Positions 39,401-53,402 of a DNA stretch of 64,000 nucleotides are shown here, piece by piece; within the stretch, counting starts at the first letter, position 1; each line of letters starts with the position of its first letter. A program made the position numbers and the translations under genes. Below the pieces are notes generated by a model. That model was not told where the DNA came from, searched no databases, and worked only from the letters and a program-made list of their open reading frames with translations. The DNA comes from Eledone cirrhosa. Taxonomy: Eukaryota. The stretch spans positions 329,716,001-329,780,000 of the forward strand of contig OZ024742.1 in NCBI GenBank assembly GCA_964016885.1, in the 5' to 3' direction.

Positions 39401-42249
39401 CAGGTTGGTGAGGCTCTTGCACCCTCCACCCCTATCCGCTAATCCCACACAGTCCCAGCGTGCATCTAAGATCTCGTTCCAGTCGCCCACTAACACTAAA
39501 GAGCGGGACGTTCCAAGAAAGGTCTCCAGACGCCGGAAGAAATCAGGCCGCCCTGCTCCTGTCGGGGCATAGACGGCCACTAGCCTGAAAACTTTCCCGT
39601 CTCCGCTGGTCAAGTCCAGCACCACCAGCTTACCCTCTGGGTCCAGGAAGATGGCCCGTATGGCGAGATCCAAACCTCTCCGAAAAAGCACAGCAACTCC
39701 TCCACCCGATCCAGGACGGCTGGGAGATGCGTACACATCGTAGCCGCCGAAGATCGGTGCGAAGGCCCGTGCTTCGGAGATTCTGGTCTCGCTGATGGCC
39801 ACTACATCTATGTTTAGTGACCTGAGGTCGTTGAGCAGGTGACCCTGCTTCCATGACGACCCCAAGCCACGCGCATTTATGCTGCCTATTCTGAGTGAGG
39901 TCATGTTTAAAATAGAGTGGAAAAGATGGGAAAGACCACTTACCGTACTTTTGGTAGAGGAGGGATGGTTTTTACATCCCTTTTCACTTGATCGTCTGGT
40001 GAAGGGACCGTTGAATCGTCCCTTCGGCTGGTCGTCGGCTCTTCTAAGAGAATGTCTGAGTATACTCTTCGATTGATGGTTCCTCCTAAGTCCCTGAAAT
40101 CACCAACTGCGTTGGGGAATTTCGTTTTAATGTTTGTGTATTGTTTCTGTGCTATTTTTAGCAGTCTTATGTTAGTTGGCGTTTTGATTGGTGCTGGTAT
40201 TATGTAGTCCTGTTGTGAAATGTCTGTGTGTTCAATTATGTAAGTCATTAGTTTCTTGTTGTGTGTATTTATTGCCGTGCATTTGTTTTTCTGGGGGTGG
40301 GGTGTGGTTCTGCTATTTTCTTGTCGTTGTTGCTGGGTGTGTGTGTTTTGTTGTTGTGTTTGCGATGTTGGTGCTTGTGGTGGTGGTGTTGAAGGTGTTG
40401 TTGGCGGTGGGGTTGTCGCCGGTGGTGATGGTGGTGCTAGTGTGGGTGGTGATGGTGTTGGTGTTGTTGCTGCTGTGGGTCTCTTTGCAGTAGACTTTAC
40501 CCTTTTCTCATTTCTTTCCTCCCTTTTCAAAGGCGACGATGCGCTGCTTCTGCGTTTGTGCCTTCTTACGACCTTTTGCCATCCCTCTCCCACCTCACAC
40601 TCCATGTCTGATTCTGTGAGGTCGGGGAGGGGTACCAGCTCCACTCTTTCACTTGTTGTTGTTGGTGATGTTTGCACTGGAGTCTCTGTTGCAGCTGCAT
40701 TTGGTATTGCTGTTGTTGTTGTTAATATTTCCACTGCTGCTGCTGTTTTTGATTTCCGTGGTGTGGGTATGGGTGCCACGGGCCTATCGTTCCTGGTTGC
40801 CGCTTGTCCTGTTGCTGGTAGCCGTGGAGCCGGATTCGGAAGGAGGGGGGTTTTCTCCTTTCTCAGGGTCTTCTCGTTGCAGAAGGCCCTGAGGTGAGTC
40901 TTCGATCCACAGCGAAAGCATTTCGGGCGTTTGCCCTCAACACTTATGGGCAGTTGAGTGCCGTTATCGAAGTCTATCACATCCGGGATAGCTTCGATGC
41001 ACTCCTGGTTGGTTTGGATTAGCATCTCAATGGAGGAGCCGACCCAATCTTCTCTTACTTTTTTCTGTACTTGCAGTACAGTTGTTTTGTCCTCGATTCC
41101 GACGAGGACAGACGCGGCCAGCCAAGAAGGGGTCATTCCGGGGGGGGACGTGGGTCAGTTTGACCCTCACAATTTTTTGCCCGCAGTAGGAAGGCACCAA
41201 CACCATTTCCTCGCTCCTTAGGGTCACTACTGATTGGGCCTTTGCCTCATGGGGTGTGGCAAAAAGTACTCTACGGTGGCATATTTTTTGCCTCGGGTGA
41301 TGTGCGTTTTCCGCTGCCACACAGACCCCAAGGCTTTTTGTATTTGGGCCTCTGTGGCTCTTTCCACCCTACGGGATTTTGTACTTACTGTACGGTACGT
41401 GACCGTACAGTGCTCTTGGGTTTCGAAAAAATTTTCCGCTGCCTTGCAGATTGCTCGGTGTCCGTTCTTTGTCACCATCTTCTTCGCTTCCTCTAATTCC
41501 TCATTTGTTATGAGGATTGTTTCCAAGTTTTTCGCAATACCTGCAAATGACATTGGTTTTTCTCTGCTGTTGTTGTTGTCGTCAGAGCTGCTGGTACTTT
41601 TGTTGTTGCTGCAGGTACTACGACTACTGCCTCCGCCGCTGTTGCTGTGGTTGTTGTTGGTGTTGCTGCTGCTAATGCTGTTGTTATTTATGCTGCTGGT
41701 GATGCTGTTGCGGCTGCTACTGTTGTTTTCATTGTCACTGTTGCTGTTGTTATTACGGCTGCTACTGCTATTATTCCTGACGTCAGACGAATGAACTGGG
41801 TTTTCGTATTTCCCGCACACCTGTTTCGTCGCTGTCGTCGTCGTCGTGGAGAAACCTTGCACGCTTTGCACGAGACTTTTCTTTTCTTTCGTCACTTGCG
41901 AAAGAGAAGGGAGGGAGAGAGACACATTTAAAGAAGGGAGGGAGAGAGACAATCTTCTCTCTGCTGTAGTGATGATTGAGGAAGAAGACGGAATGAGTGG
42001 GAGTGAGGTATGAAATTTCTTTTTCGTAGCCATGTTGTTTTTTTGTTTAAAATGAAATTTTGGGTACAAAACCCCAATAACTGTTTATTTAACCCCGAAG
42101 GGCCAAATAACGGACAGAAAGACCCCTCTCACGAGGAGGAGGGTGTCTTTATCAACAATTTGGTTCAAGTTTTAAACAATTTACAATTGTTTTAACGGTT
42201 AAAAATTACTATACCTTACAGAGCCGAGCCTCCGTCAACCATGGCATTC
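36414..42249 (-). mobile_element. Tx1/L1-type copy C (type-A ORF1; 174-bp in-frame RT deletion)
   Basis: ORF2 36658-39904 reads SVSRG/SIHDN across the deletion. The 5' half matches copy B and the 3' half matches copy D. Confidence 0.93.
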
Positions 42250-42273
42250 AATAATAATAATAATAATAATAAT

Positions 42274-45200
42274 GTTTTCTTTATTAACCACAAGGGTTTA
42301 CATAAAGTAGACATTAAGGACAGTACAGGACAATACAGGACGGTACAAATGGGCATTTCTGCGTGTAAAAAAAACAGAGATTGAAATAAAATAACAAAGA
42401 AAAATTCCCCAATAGGGGGGAGACTTCCGAGGGACATTTGTGGAGAAAGCCCATTAAAAGACCACAGTGGCCCTGACCACCAGGGCAAGTGCCCTCTCCC
42501 AGTTTTCCACCTTTAATTTACAGACACATACTCAGAGAAGGCCCATTCATTCGGGCCATACTTGCTTCTCTCACCCATCTTTCAACAAAATGCTGGGAAG
42601 AGAGCACTTCCCTCTCTACCCTGATTTTCCTTTTCAAATGAAATTTGAAAAAGTTAATCAGGGAATCACCGAAGAGGTAAGTGCTCGTCTTCAGCCCTTT
42701 CAAACGTGTCCACCATACTATCTCTTTCGCCATGGCCACCAGACAGATAAAGACTGCCTGCCCTTCCCGGCTAAAGGAAGGGGGCGGGGAAATCCTGACG
42801 ATGGACTCAGCTGATAGCTGGATCCGTCCTACACGTGACAGCAGGTGTTCGACATAAACCCACAAGTCAGCAATGCTCGGACACTGGACGAGTGCGTGCA
42901 GGACGGTTTCGTCGCCCTGTGCGCATATCGGACATGCCCGGCTGACGGCAACTCCATGCCTGTAAAGTTTATCCCGAACTGGCAAAGCACCCCGGTAGCA
43001 CTGCCAGGCCAGGGATTTCTGGAAGTTGTCCATAGGCCCCGGCCCGAAAGTCCTTCCGAAGAGATTGGCTAGTTGAATTTCATCGACGCCTAGAGTTTCT
43101 CCAAGTACGTCGTCGCTCTTCCCCTCCACTAATCCCCTATAGAACGCCAAGGTGGAGTTTCCACCGATCACATTGCCCGATTGGTCGAGGGCTGTGAGCG
43201 CCTGAAGACATTCCAGTCTCCAAGCGCTCCCTCTCGGTCTTCGCTTGACCCAGGACTGCAGCTCCGTCAAGGAGACGAGCTGGGGATAAACGTGTCTAGC
43301 AAACGGCGACCGCACCTGATCACCGTCGAGGAAGAGGTGGAGATGTCGTAGCCTGAGCGCGTGTCTGCGCATCATCAGCCACGGCATGCCCAGCCCTCCA
43401 CGTAGCGGGTGTTGACAGCAGATGGACCGCCTGACCATCGGAGCGCGTCCCTTCCACAAGAAGCGAAAGAGCAAACGCTCCAGCGCAGTCAGGCGGGGCT
43501 TAGGACAAGGTACGACGGTCAGGCGGTAGCAGATGACAGACGCGATGTACGCGTTAGCCACCTCCGCTCGACCTTTCAGGGATAGCTTCCTCTCCGCCCA
43601 TTTCTGGGTGAGAGAAGCCACCCTGCTCGTCACCTCGTCCCAGTTTTTGTTCGTCTGGAGGTTCGGACCGAACCAGACCCCTAGCAATTTAACCGGTCCG
43701 TCTGTCCAGCGTCCGACGATACTGTTGGACGGCATGGACCTGCCTCTCCAGGTTCCGAGCTGCAGGCCCACTGACTTTTCCTGGTTGATCATTACTCCTG
43801 TCACCGCTTCGTATTCTCTTAGTGTAGTGCCGATCGCCTCGATGTGTTTGGCGTTCGACACCACTACGGTGACATCGTCCGCATATGCTGACACGGATCT
43901 TCCGCATCCTAGTTCGCGCGGGACACCCCTCAACGTATCCAGTTTGTGCAGTAATGGCTCGAGAGTCAATACATACAAGAGGGACGAGAGGGGACATCCT
44001 TGGCGGACCGAGCGCATGATGTTGAACGGTTCCGACAGGTGACAGTTCACTCTCACCACAGAGCAGATGTCGCTGTGCATGGCAGCGGTCCAGCCTCTGA
44101 AGACGGGCCCAAAGCCAGCCGCTCTCAGGACTGCCGCTAGGTAACGATGGTCGACCCTATCGAAAGCTTTCGACTGATCTAAATTGATCAAGGACCCACC
44201 CGTGCCAGGTTCCCTAGCTACCCTCTCTACGATGTATCGCATGAGGTGGGGGTTGTCGTGGATGGATCCTCGGCTCACAGATCTGGGAATTCTCCCGTTC
44301 TGTTGCCAGTTGCAGTAGACGTCCACCAAGAGGCCTCCTAACAAGTCTGGCATCTGTACGTAAAGTTCATAGGGCAGATCATCCAAACCAGGCGCTTTGC
44401 CCCTTGTGCAGCCAGTCATTGCCTCCCTTACTTCAGAAGCTGTTATCGGCTTTTCGCAACACTTCAACCTCAGTGGCCGAGAGCCGCGGCAGTCCGTGGA
44501 GGTAGACACTAAAGTCCATCCCTCTACCCGGCCCACCGCTGCCCCCGAACAGCTGAGCGAAGTGTCGCTGAAAAGCTTCACACATTTGCCCGGGATCTAG
44601 TAGCATGCGCCCGTCGTGGTCCACCAAAGACCGGATCGTGGCTTTGTTGCCACGACGCGCCTCCGCCACTCGGGCCCATTGAACGGCTTTCGTCACCTCG
44701 TGTCTGAGAGCACGCACCCTTGATCTGACAACGCAGCCTTCGTGCTTTGCATTGAAGAATTGGTCAAGGGCCAATTTCGCAGCAAGCACGTCGGTCGCAA
44801 TGCCTTTGCTAAGCGCCTCGTCTAATTTTCTAACTAGTTCTCCCTCTGCTCTATTGTTCTCTTTTGCTAAAGCCTTACTAAACCTAATCGATTCTATTCT
44901 AATCGCTCTTTTCAGAGCAAACCACCACTTGTTGTTGACGATGGCCCCCGTCAACGCCCGCTTAACTAGTTCGCTAATCCAGTCTCTGTAGGCCTTGCGC
45001 GCTGGTAAGGACGTGTTTAGCTTCCGGTCCTTCTATGAAGTCTATGTCAAGCACACAGACCACGAATTTGTGGTCCGTGTAGCTGACTATCTTGAATTGT
45101 GCACAGCCTATTCTAGACCTATCTATTTCCCTACAAAATACTCTATCTAGATATGATCTGGATGACATTATGCGATTTGTCCAAGTCCACATTGGCACAT

Positions 45201-48074
45201 TCGGGAAATCCAATCGGTACCTGTCAGACAGTTCAATACGCCTGAGCAGGTTGGTGAGGCTCTTGCACCCTCCACCCCTATCCGCTAATCCCACACAGTC
45301 TCAGCGTGCATCTAAGATCCCGTTCCAGTCGCCCACTAACACTAAAGAGCAGGACGTTCCAAGAAAGGTCTCCAGGCGCCGGAAGAAATCAGGCCACCCT
45401 GCTCCTGTCGGGGCATAGACGGCCACTAGCCTGAAAGCTTGGCCGTCTCCGCTGGTCACGTCCAGCACCACCAAATTACCCTCTGGGTCCAGGAAGATGG
45501 CCCGTATGGCGAGATCCAAACCTCTCCGAAAAAGCACAGCAACTCCTCCCCCCGATCCAGGACGGCTGGGAGATGCGTACACATCATAGCCGCCGAAGAT
45601 CGGTGCGAAGGCCCGTGCTTCGGAGATTCTGGTCTCGCTGATGGCCACTACATCTATGTTTAGTGACCTGAGGTCGTTGAGGAGGTGACCCTTCTTCCAA
45701 GACGACCCCAAGCCACGCGCATTTATGCTGCCTATTCTGAGTGATATCATGTTTAAAATAGAGTGTAAAAGATGGGAAAGACCACTTACCGTACTTTTCG
45801 TAGAGGAGGGATGGTTTTTACATCCCTTTTCACTTAATCGTCTGGTGAAGGGACGGTTGAATCGTCCCTTCGGCTGGTCGTCGGCTCTTCTATGAGTATG
45901 TCCGAATATACTCTTCGGTTGATAGTTCCTCCTAGGTCCCTGAAATCACCAACTACGTTGGGGAATTTCGTTTTAATGTTTGTGTATTGTTTCTGTGCTA
46001 TTTTTAGCAGTCTTATGTTAGTTGGCGTTTTGATTGGTGCTGGTATTATGTAGTCCTGTTGTGAAATGTCTGTGTGTTCAATTATGTAAGTCATTAGTTT
46101 CTTGTTGTGTGTATTTATTGCCGTGCATTTGTTTTTCTGGGGGTGAGGTGTGGTTCTGCTATTTTCTTGTCATTGTTGCTGGGTGTGTGTGTTTTGTTGT
46201 TGTGTTTGCGATGTTGGTGCTTGTGATGGTGGTGTGGAAGACGTTGTTGGCGGTGGGGTTGTCGCCGGTGGTGATGGTGGTGCTAGTGTGGGTCTCTTTG
46301 CAGTAGACTTTACCCTTTTTTCATTTCTTTCCTCCCTTTTCAAAGGCGACGATGCGCTGCTTCTGCGTTTGTGCCTTCTCACGAACTTTTGCCATCCCTC
46401 TCCCACCTCACACTCCATGTCTGATTCTGTAAGGTCGGGGAGGGGTACCAGCTCCACTCTTTCACTTGTTGTTGTTGGTGATGTTTGCACTGGAGTCTCT
46501 GTTGCAGCTGCATTTGGTATTGCTGTTGTTGTTGTTAATATTTCCACTGCTGTTGCTGTTTTTGATTTCCGTGGCGTGGGTATGGGTGCCACGGACCTCT
46601 CGTTCCTGGTTGCCGCTTGTCCTGTAGCAGGTAGTCGTGGAGCCGGTTTCGGAAGGAGGGGGGTTTTCTCCAATCTCAGGATCTTCTCTTTGCAGAAGGC
46701 CCTGAGGTGAGTCTTAGATCCACAGAGAAAGCATTTCGGGCGTTTGCCCTCAACACTTATGGGCAGTTGAGTGCCGTTATCGACGTCTATCACATCCGGG
46801 ATAGCTTCGATGCACTCCTGGTTGGTTTGGATTAACATCTTAATGGAGGTGCCAACCCAATCTTTTCTTACTTTTTTCTGTACTTGCAGAACAGTTGTTT
46901 TGTCCTCGATTCCGACGAGGACAGACGCGGCCAGCCAATAAGGGGCCATCCCGGGGGGACGTGGGTCAGTTTCAACCCTCACAATTTTTTGCCCGCATTA
47001 GGAGTACACCAACACCATTTCCTCGCTCCTTAGGTTCACTACGGATTGAGCCTTTGCCTCATGGGGTGTGGCAAAAAGTACGTCTACGGTGGCATATTTT
47101 TTGCCTCGGGTGATGTGCGTTTTTGGTTGCCACACAGACCCCAAGGCTTTTTGTACTTGAGCCTCTGTGGCTATTTCAACCCTACGGAATTTTCTACTTA
47201 CTGTACGGTACGTGACCGTACAGTGCTGTTGGGTTTCGAAAAATGTTTCCGCTGCCTTGCAGATTGCTCGGTGTCCACTTTTTATCACCATCTTCTTCGC
47301 TTCCTCTATTTCCTCATTTGTTATGAGGATTGTTTCCAGGTTCTTCGCGATACCTGCAAACGAAATTGGTTTTTCTTTGCTGCTGTTGTTGTTGTTGTCG
47401 TCAGAGCTGCTGTTACTTTTGTTGTTGCTGCAGGTACTACGACTACTGCCGCCGCCGCTGTTGCTGTGGTTGTTGTTGGTGTTGCTGCTGCTAATGCTGT
47501 TGTTGTTGTTTATGCTGCTGCTGATGCTGTTGCGGCTGCTACTGTTGTTTTCATTGTCACTGTTGCTGTTGTTATTACGGCTGCTACTGCTATTATTCCT
47601 GACGTCAGACGAATGAAATGGGTTTTCGTATTTCCCGCACACCTGTTTCGTCGTTGTCGTCGTCGTCGTGGATAAATCTTGCACGCTTTGCACGAGACTT
47701 TTCTTTTCTGTCGTCGCTTGCGAAAGAGAAGGGAGGGAGAGAGACACATTTAAAGAAGGGAGGGAGAGAGACAATCTTCTCTCTGCTGTCGTGACGATTG
47801 AGGAAGAAGAAGACGGAATGAGTGGGAGTGACCTATGCAAATTCTTTTTCGTAGCCATGATGTTTTTTTTGTTTAACATAAATATTGGGTACAAAACCCC
47901 AATAAGCAGTTATTTAACCCCGAAGGGCCAAATAACGGACAGAAAGACCCCTTTCACGAGGAAGAGGGTGTTTTTATCTACAAGTTGGTTTAAGTTATGA
48001 ACAATTTACAATTGTTATAGCGTTCAAAATTTACAATACCTTACAGAGCGGAGCCTCCGTCAACCATAGCATTC
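42274..48074 (-). mobile_element. Tx1/L1-type copy D (type-A ORF1; same RT deletion; extra stops)
   Basis: ORF2 pieces 42518-45750 and ORF1 pieces 45834-47894. (AAT)n at 42250-42273 and 48075-48104. Confidence 0.93.
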
Positions 48075-48104
48075 AATAATAAGAATAATAATAATAATAA
48101 TAAT

Positions 48105-51100
48105 GTTTTCGTTATTAACCACAAGGGTTTACATAAAGTAGACATTAAGGACAGTTCAGGACAATACAGGGCGGTACAAATGGGCATTTCTGCGTGTAAA
48201 AAAACTAGAAACCGAGGATGTAATAATAAAATAATGAAAAAATTCCCCAATAGGGGGAGACTTCCGAGGGACATTCGTGAGAAAGCCCATTAAAAAGCCA
48301 CAGTGACCCTGACCACCAGGGCAAGTGCCCTCTCCCTGTTTTCCACCTTTAATTTACAGACACATACTCAGAGTAGGCCCATTCACTCGGGCCATTCTTG
48401 CCTCTCTCACCCATCTTTCAACAAAATGCTGGGAAGAGAGCACTTCCCTTTCTACCCTGATTTTCCTTTTCAAATGAAATTAGAAAAAGTTAATCAGGGC
48501 ATCACCGAAGAGGTAAGTGCTCGTCTTCTGCCTATTCAAACGTGTTCACCATACTATCTATTACGCCATGGCCACCATACAGATACAAACAGCCTGCCCT
48601 AAAGGAAGAGGGCGGGGCAATCCTCACGATGGACTCAGCTGATAGCTGGATCCGTCCGACACGCGGCAGCAGGTGCTCGACAAAAACCCACATGCTCGGA
48701 CACTGGACGAGTTCGTCCAGGACGATTTCGTCGCCCTGCGCAAATCTCGGACATGCCCGGCGTACGGCACCTCCATGCCTGTAGAGTTTATCCCGAACTG
48801 GCAAAGCTCCTCGGTAGCACTGCCAGGCCAGGCATTTCTTGAAGTTGTCCATAAGCCCTGGCCCGAAAGTTCTTCCGAAGAGATTGGCTAGTTGATTTTC
48901 GTCGACGCCTAGAGTTAACCCAAGTACGTCGTCGCACTTCCCCTCCACCAATCCTCTATAGAACGCCAAGGTAGAGTTTCCACCGATCACATTGCCCGAC
49001 TGGTCGAGGGCTGTGAGCGCCTGAAGACATTCTAGTCTCCAAGCGCTCCCTCTCGGTCTTCGCTTGACCCAGGACTGCAGCTCCGTCAAGGAAACGAGCT
49101 GGGGTAAGACGTGTCTAGCAAACGGCGACCACACCTGATCACCGTCGAGGAAGATGTGTAGATGTCGTAGCCTGAGCGCGTGTCTGCGCATCATCAGCCA
49201 CGGCATACCCAGCCGTCCACGTAGCAGGTGTTGGCAGCAGATGGACCGCCTGACCATCGGAGCGCGTCCCTTCCACAAAAAGCGAAAGAACAAACGCTCC
49301 AGCGCAGTCAGGCGGGGCTTAGGACAAGGTACGACGGTCAGGCGGTAGTAGATGACGGACGCGATATACGCGTTAGCCACCTCCGCTCGACCTTTCAGGG
49401 ATAGCTTCCTCTCGGCCCATTTCTGGGTGAGAGAAGCCACCCTGCTCGTCACCTCGTCCCAGCTTTTGTCCGTCTGGAGATCCGGCGCCCGACGACGTTG
49501 TTGGACGTCATGGACCTGCCTCTTCAGGTGCCGAGCTGCAGGCCCACTGACTTTTCCTGGTTGATCATTGCTCCTGTCACCGCTTCGTATTCTTTTAGTG
49601 TAGTGCCGATCGCCTCGATGTGTTTGGCGTTCGACAACACTACAATGACATCGTCCGCATATGCTGACACGGATCCTCCGCATCCTAGTTCGCGCGGGAC
49701 TCCCCTCAACGTCTCCAGTTTGTGCAGTAATGACTCAAGTATCAATACGTACAAGAGGGACGAGAGGGGACATCCTTGGCGGACCGAGCGCATGATGTTG
49801 AACTGTTCCGAAAGGTGACTTTTCACTCTCACCACAGAGCAGATGTCGCTGGGCATAACAGCGATCCAGCCTCTGAAGACGGGCCCAAAGTCAGCCGCCC
49901 TCAGTACTGCCGCTAGGTAACGATGGTCGACCCTATCGAAAGCTTTCGACTGATCTAAATTGATCAAGGACCCACCCGTGCCAGAATCCCTAGCTACACT
50001 CTCTACGATGTATCGCAAGAGGTGGGTGTTGTCGTGGATGGATCTGTCGGAAATGTGATATGTGTTGCCTCTCCCACCAGACCACCAACGACAAGCGCCA
50101 ACCTCTTTGCTAGCACCTCGGCCAAAATCTTGAACTCTGTGTTTAGCAGAGTTATGGGTCTGAAATTATTTGTTATTCCCCTTGTTCGGATCCTTTCTCG
50201 GTAGCGCCACCGCTCCTCGGCTCACAGCGCTGGGAATTCTCCCGTTCTGTTGCCGGTTGCAGTAGACGTCCGCCAAGAATCCTCCGAACAAGTCCGGCAG
50301 CTGTACGTAAAGTTCATAGGGCAGATCATCCAAACCAGGCGCTTTACCCCTTGTGCAGCTAGTCATTGCGTCCCGTACTTCAGCGGCTGTTATCGGCTTT
50401 TCGCAACACTCCGCCTCAGTGGCCGAGAGCCGCGGCAGTACGTTGAGGTAGACACTACAGTTCATCCCTCGATCTGGCCCGCCGCTGCCTCCGAACAGCT
50501 GTGCGATGTGTCGCAGAAAAGCTTCACACATTTGCTCGGGATCGAGTAGCATGCGCCCGTCGTGATCCACCAAAGAACGGATCGTGGCTTTGTTGCCACG
50601 TCGCGCCTCCGCCACTCGGGCCCATTGAACGGCTTTCATCCCCTCGTGTCTGAGAGCACGCACCCTAGCTCTGAAAACGCAGCCTTAGTGCTTTGCATTG
50701 AAGAATTAATCAAGGGCTAATTTCGTCGCAATTACGTCGATCGAATATGCCTTTGCTAAGCGCCTCGTCTAATTTTCTAACAAATTCTCCCTCTGCTCTA
50801 TTTTTCTCTATTGCTAAAGCCTTACTAAACCTAATGGACTCTATTCTAATCGCTCTTTTCAGAGCAAACCACCACTTGTTGTTGACGATGGCCCCCGCCA
50901 ACGCCCGCTTAACTAGTTCGGTAATCCTGTCTCTGTAGAATTTGCGCGCCTGTAAGGACGCGTTTACCTTCCAGTAGCCGGGTCCTAGTCTATGAAGCCT
51001 ATCTAAGTCAAACACAGATCACGAATTTGTGGTCCGTGTAGCTGACTATCTTGAATTGTGCACAGCCTATGCTAGACCTATCTATTTCCCTACAAAATAC

Positions 51101-53400
51101 TCTATCTAGATATGATCTGGATGACCCTATGCGATTTGTCCAAGTCCACATTGGGACATTCGGGAAATCCAATCGGTACCTGTCAGACAGTTCAAAACGC
51201 CTGAGCAGGTTGGTGAGACCCTTGCACCCTCCACCCCTATCCGCTAATCCCACACAGTCCCATCGTGCATCTAAATCCTGTTCCACTCGCCCACTAACAC
51301 TAAAGAGCGGGACATTCCAAGAAAGGTCTCCAGACGCCGGAGTCAATCAGGCCGCCCTGCTCCTGTCGGGACATAGACGGCCAATAGCCTGAAAGCTTGC
51401 CCGTCTCCGCTGGTTATGTCCAGCACCACCAATTACCCTCTGGGTCCACGAAGATGGCCCGTATGGCGAGATCCAAACATCACCGATAAAGCACAGTAAC
51501 TCCTCTGCCCGATCTAGGACGGCTGGTAGATGCGTACACATCGTAGCCGCCGAAGATTGGTGCGAAGGCCCGTGCTTCGGAGATTCTGGTCTCGCTGATG
51601 GCCACTAAATCTATGTTTAGTGATCTGAGGTCGTTGAGCAGGTGACCCTGCTTCCATGACGACCCCAAGCCACGCGCATTTATGCTGCCTATTCTGAGTG
51701 AGGTCATGTTTAAAATAGAGTGGAAAAGATGGGGAAGACCACTTACCTTACTTTTCGTAGAGGAAGGATGATTTGTCCATCCTTTTCACTGCCTGTGGCA
51801 TCCTCCGGAAGGATGTCCATATAAATCCTCCTGGAGAGTGTTTGTCGGAAATCTCCGATGTCTTTCGGGAATTTTTGTTTTAGTGTTGTGTTCGTTTTCT
51901 TTGTGATGCGAGTGAATTGTATGTGTGGAGTGTGTGTGAACTTTTGGGATGTTGTGTACTTTTTTTCTGTGATGCTGGTGTTGTGTTGCATGTAGTGTAA
52001 TAATTGGTTGTTGTTCTAATGTAATGCTGTGTAGTATGTAACGTTTTGGTTGTTTTGTTTTGTTTGCGTTTGTTGTGGGTTTGTTTCTGTTACGTTTTTT
52101 GGTGACTTTTGTGGTCTTAGTGATGGTGGTGTTGGGGTTAATGATGGTTATGGTGTTGGTGTTTGTGGTGATGGGGTTGGTGATGCTGGTGTGCATGGTG
52201 GCATATCTGTCCTAACTTTTTTGTTTCATAATTTATTTGTTTCCCTCTGTATTTTGTTTTTGGAGGGGGAAGGAAGAGAAATTTTCTTTTTTGGTTTCTT
52301 TTTTTTCTTTTTTCCTGATACCGTTTCCCACTCCTCGTCGTCACAATATATCTCCAGTTGCGATAAGCCGGGAAGTGGAAAGTCCTCCATAGGCGTTGGT
52401 TTTGGTTGTGGCGTGGTGGATGGTGTAGGTGCTGGTGCTAGTTCTGGCGCGTTGGGTGGTGGTGGTGTTGGTTTTGCTATTGTTGCTGGGGTTGTTGCTG
52501 TTACAGTTGCTTCTGTTGTTGCTGCTACAGTTGTTGCTGCCATTTCTGCTGCTGGTGGTGTTGATGGTTGAATGACTGGGGTGGGTAAGAGAGGTGGCCT
52601 CAACCTTTTAGCCCGAGGGCAGAAAGCCCTTAGGTGGGTTCCTTCCCCACAAACGACACACATAGGCCTTCTGCCCTCGACGATTACCGTGAGGTGGCTG
52701 CCGTCAGTGAGGTCTATTACCTCTGGGATCTTCTCAATACTTTTATGGTCCGCTTCGATCAGGTGCTCCATCCCAGTTCTCCTGCTTTTCTTTCGCTATT
52801 TCGATTATCTTGGTGTTGGCCGCAATGCCGGCGAGGACGGCAGCCATTAGCCAGGGAATTCCAATGGCCGGTGGAACGTGGGTCACCCTGATCTTCACAA
52901 GTCTCTGGCCACAAGAGCTTGGGACGAGTGTGAAGTCGTCACTTCTTAATGGGGCCATGGAGTGTTCTCTGGCCTCCTGTGCTGTTGCAAAGAACACGTC
53001 CACGGTTCCATATTTCTGCCCACGTCTGACATGGGTTTTTTTTTTGCCCACACATGTCCCAAAGCTTTTTGGATTTGGGACTCGGATGCCCGTTCCACTC
53101 CTCGCAATTTGATGTTAATTGTCCGATAAGACACGGTGCATAGGCGACGATGCACCATTTTATTAGATGGGGGGGTGGGGTGGGTGTGGGTGAGGCTGAC
53201 TCTGTACCAATCTTTCTTTACCATTCCTTTGGCTTCTTCTAATCCCTCCTGAGTTACCTGGCTCTCTTCGCAGGTTTTTGCTACTCTGGCAAAACTCCGG
53301 GTAGTTTTCTTAATTTCATTGTTGATGTTGTTGTTATCGTTATTTTTGTTATTGTTAATTTTAGTTTCAGTTGTGGTGGTGGTGGCGTCAGTGGTGTTCA
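48105..53400 (-). mobile_element. Tx1/L1-type copy E (type-B ORF1, degenerate, 5' end missing)
   Basis: ORF2 fragments up to the ATG at 51707. ORF1 fragments 51743-53395 are homologous to 28614-30176. Confidence 0.88.
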
Positions 53401-53402
53401 CA

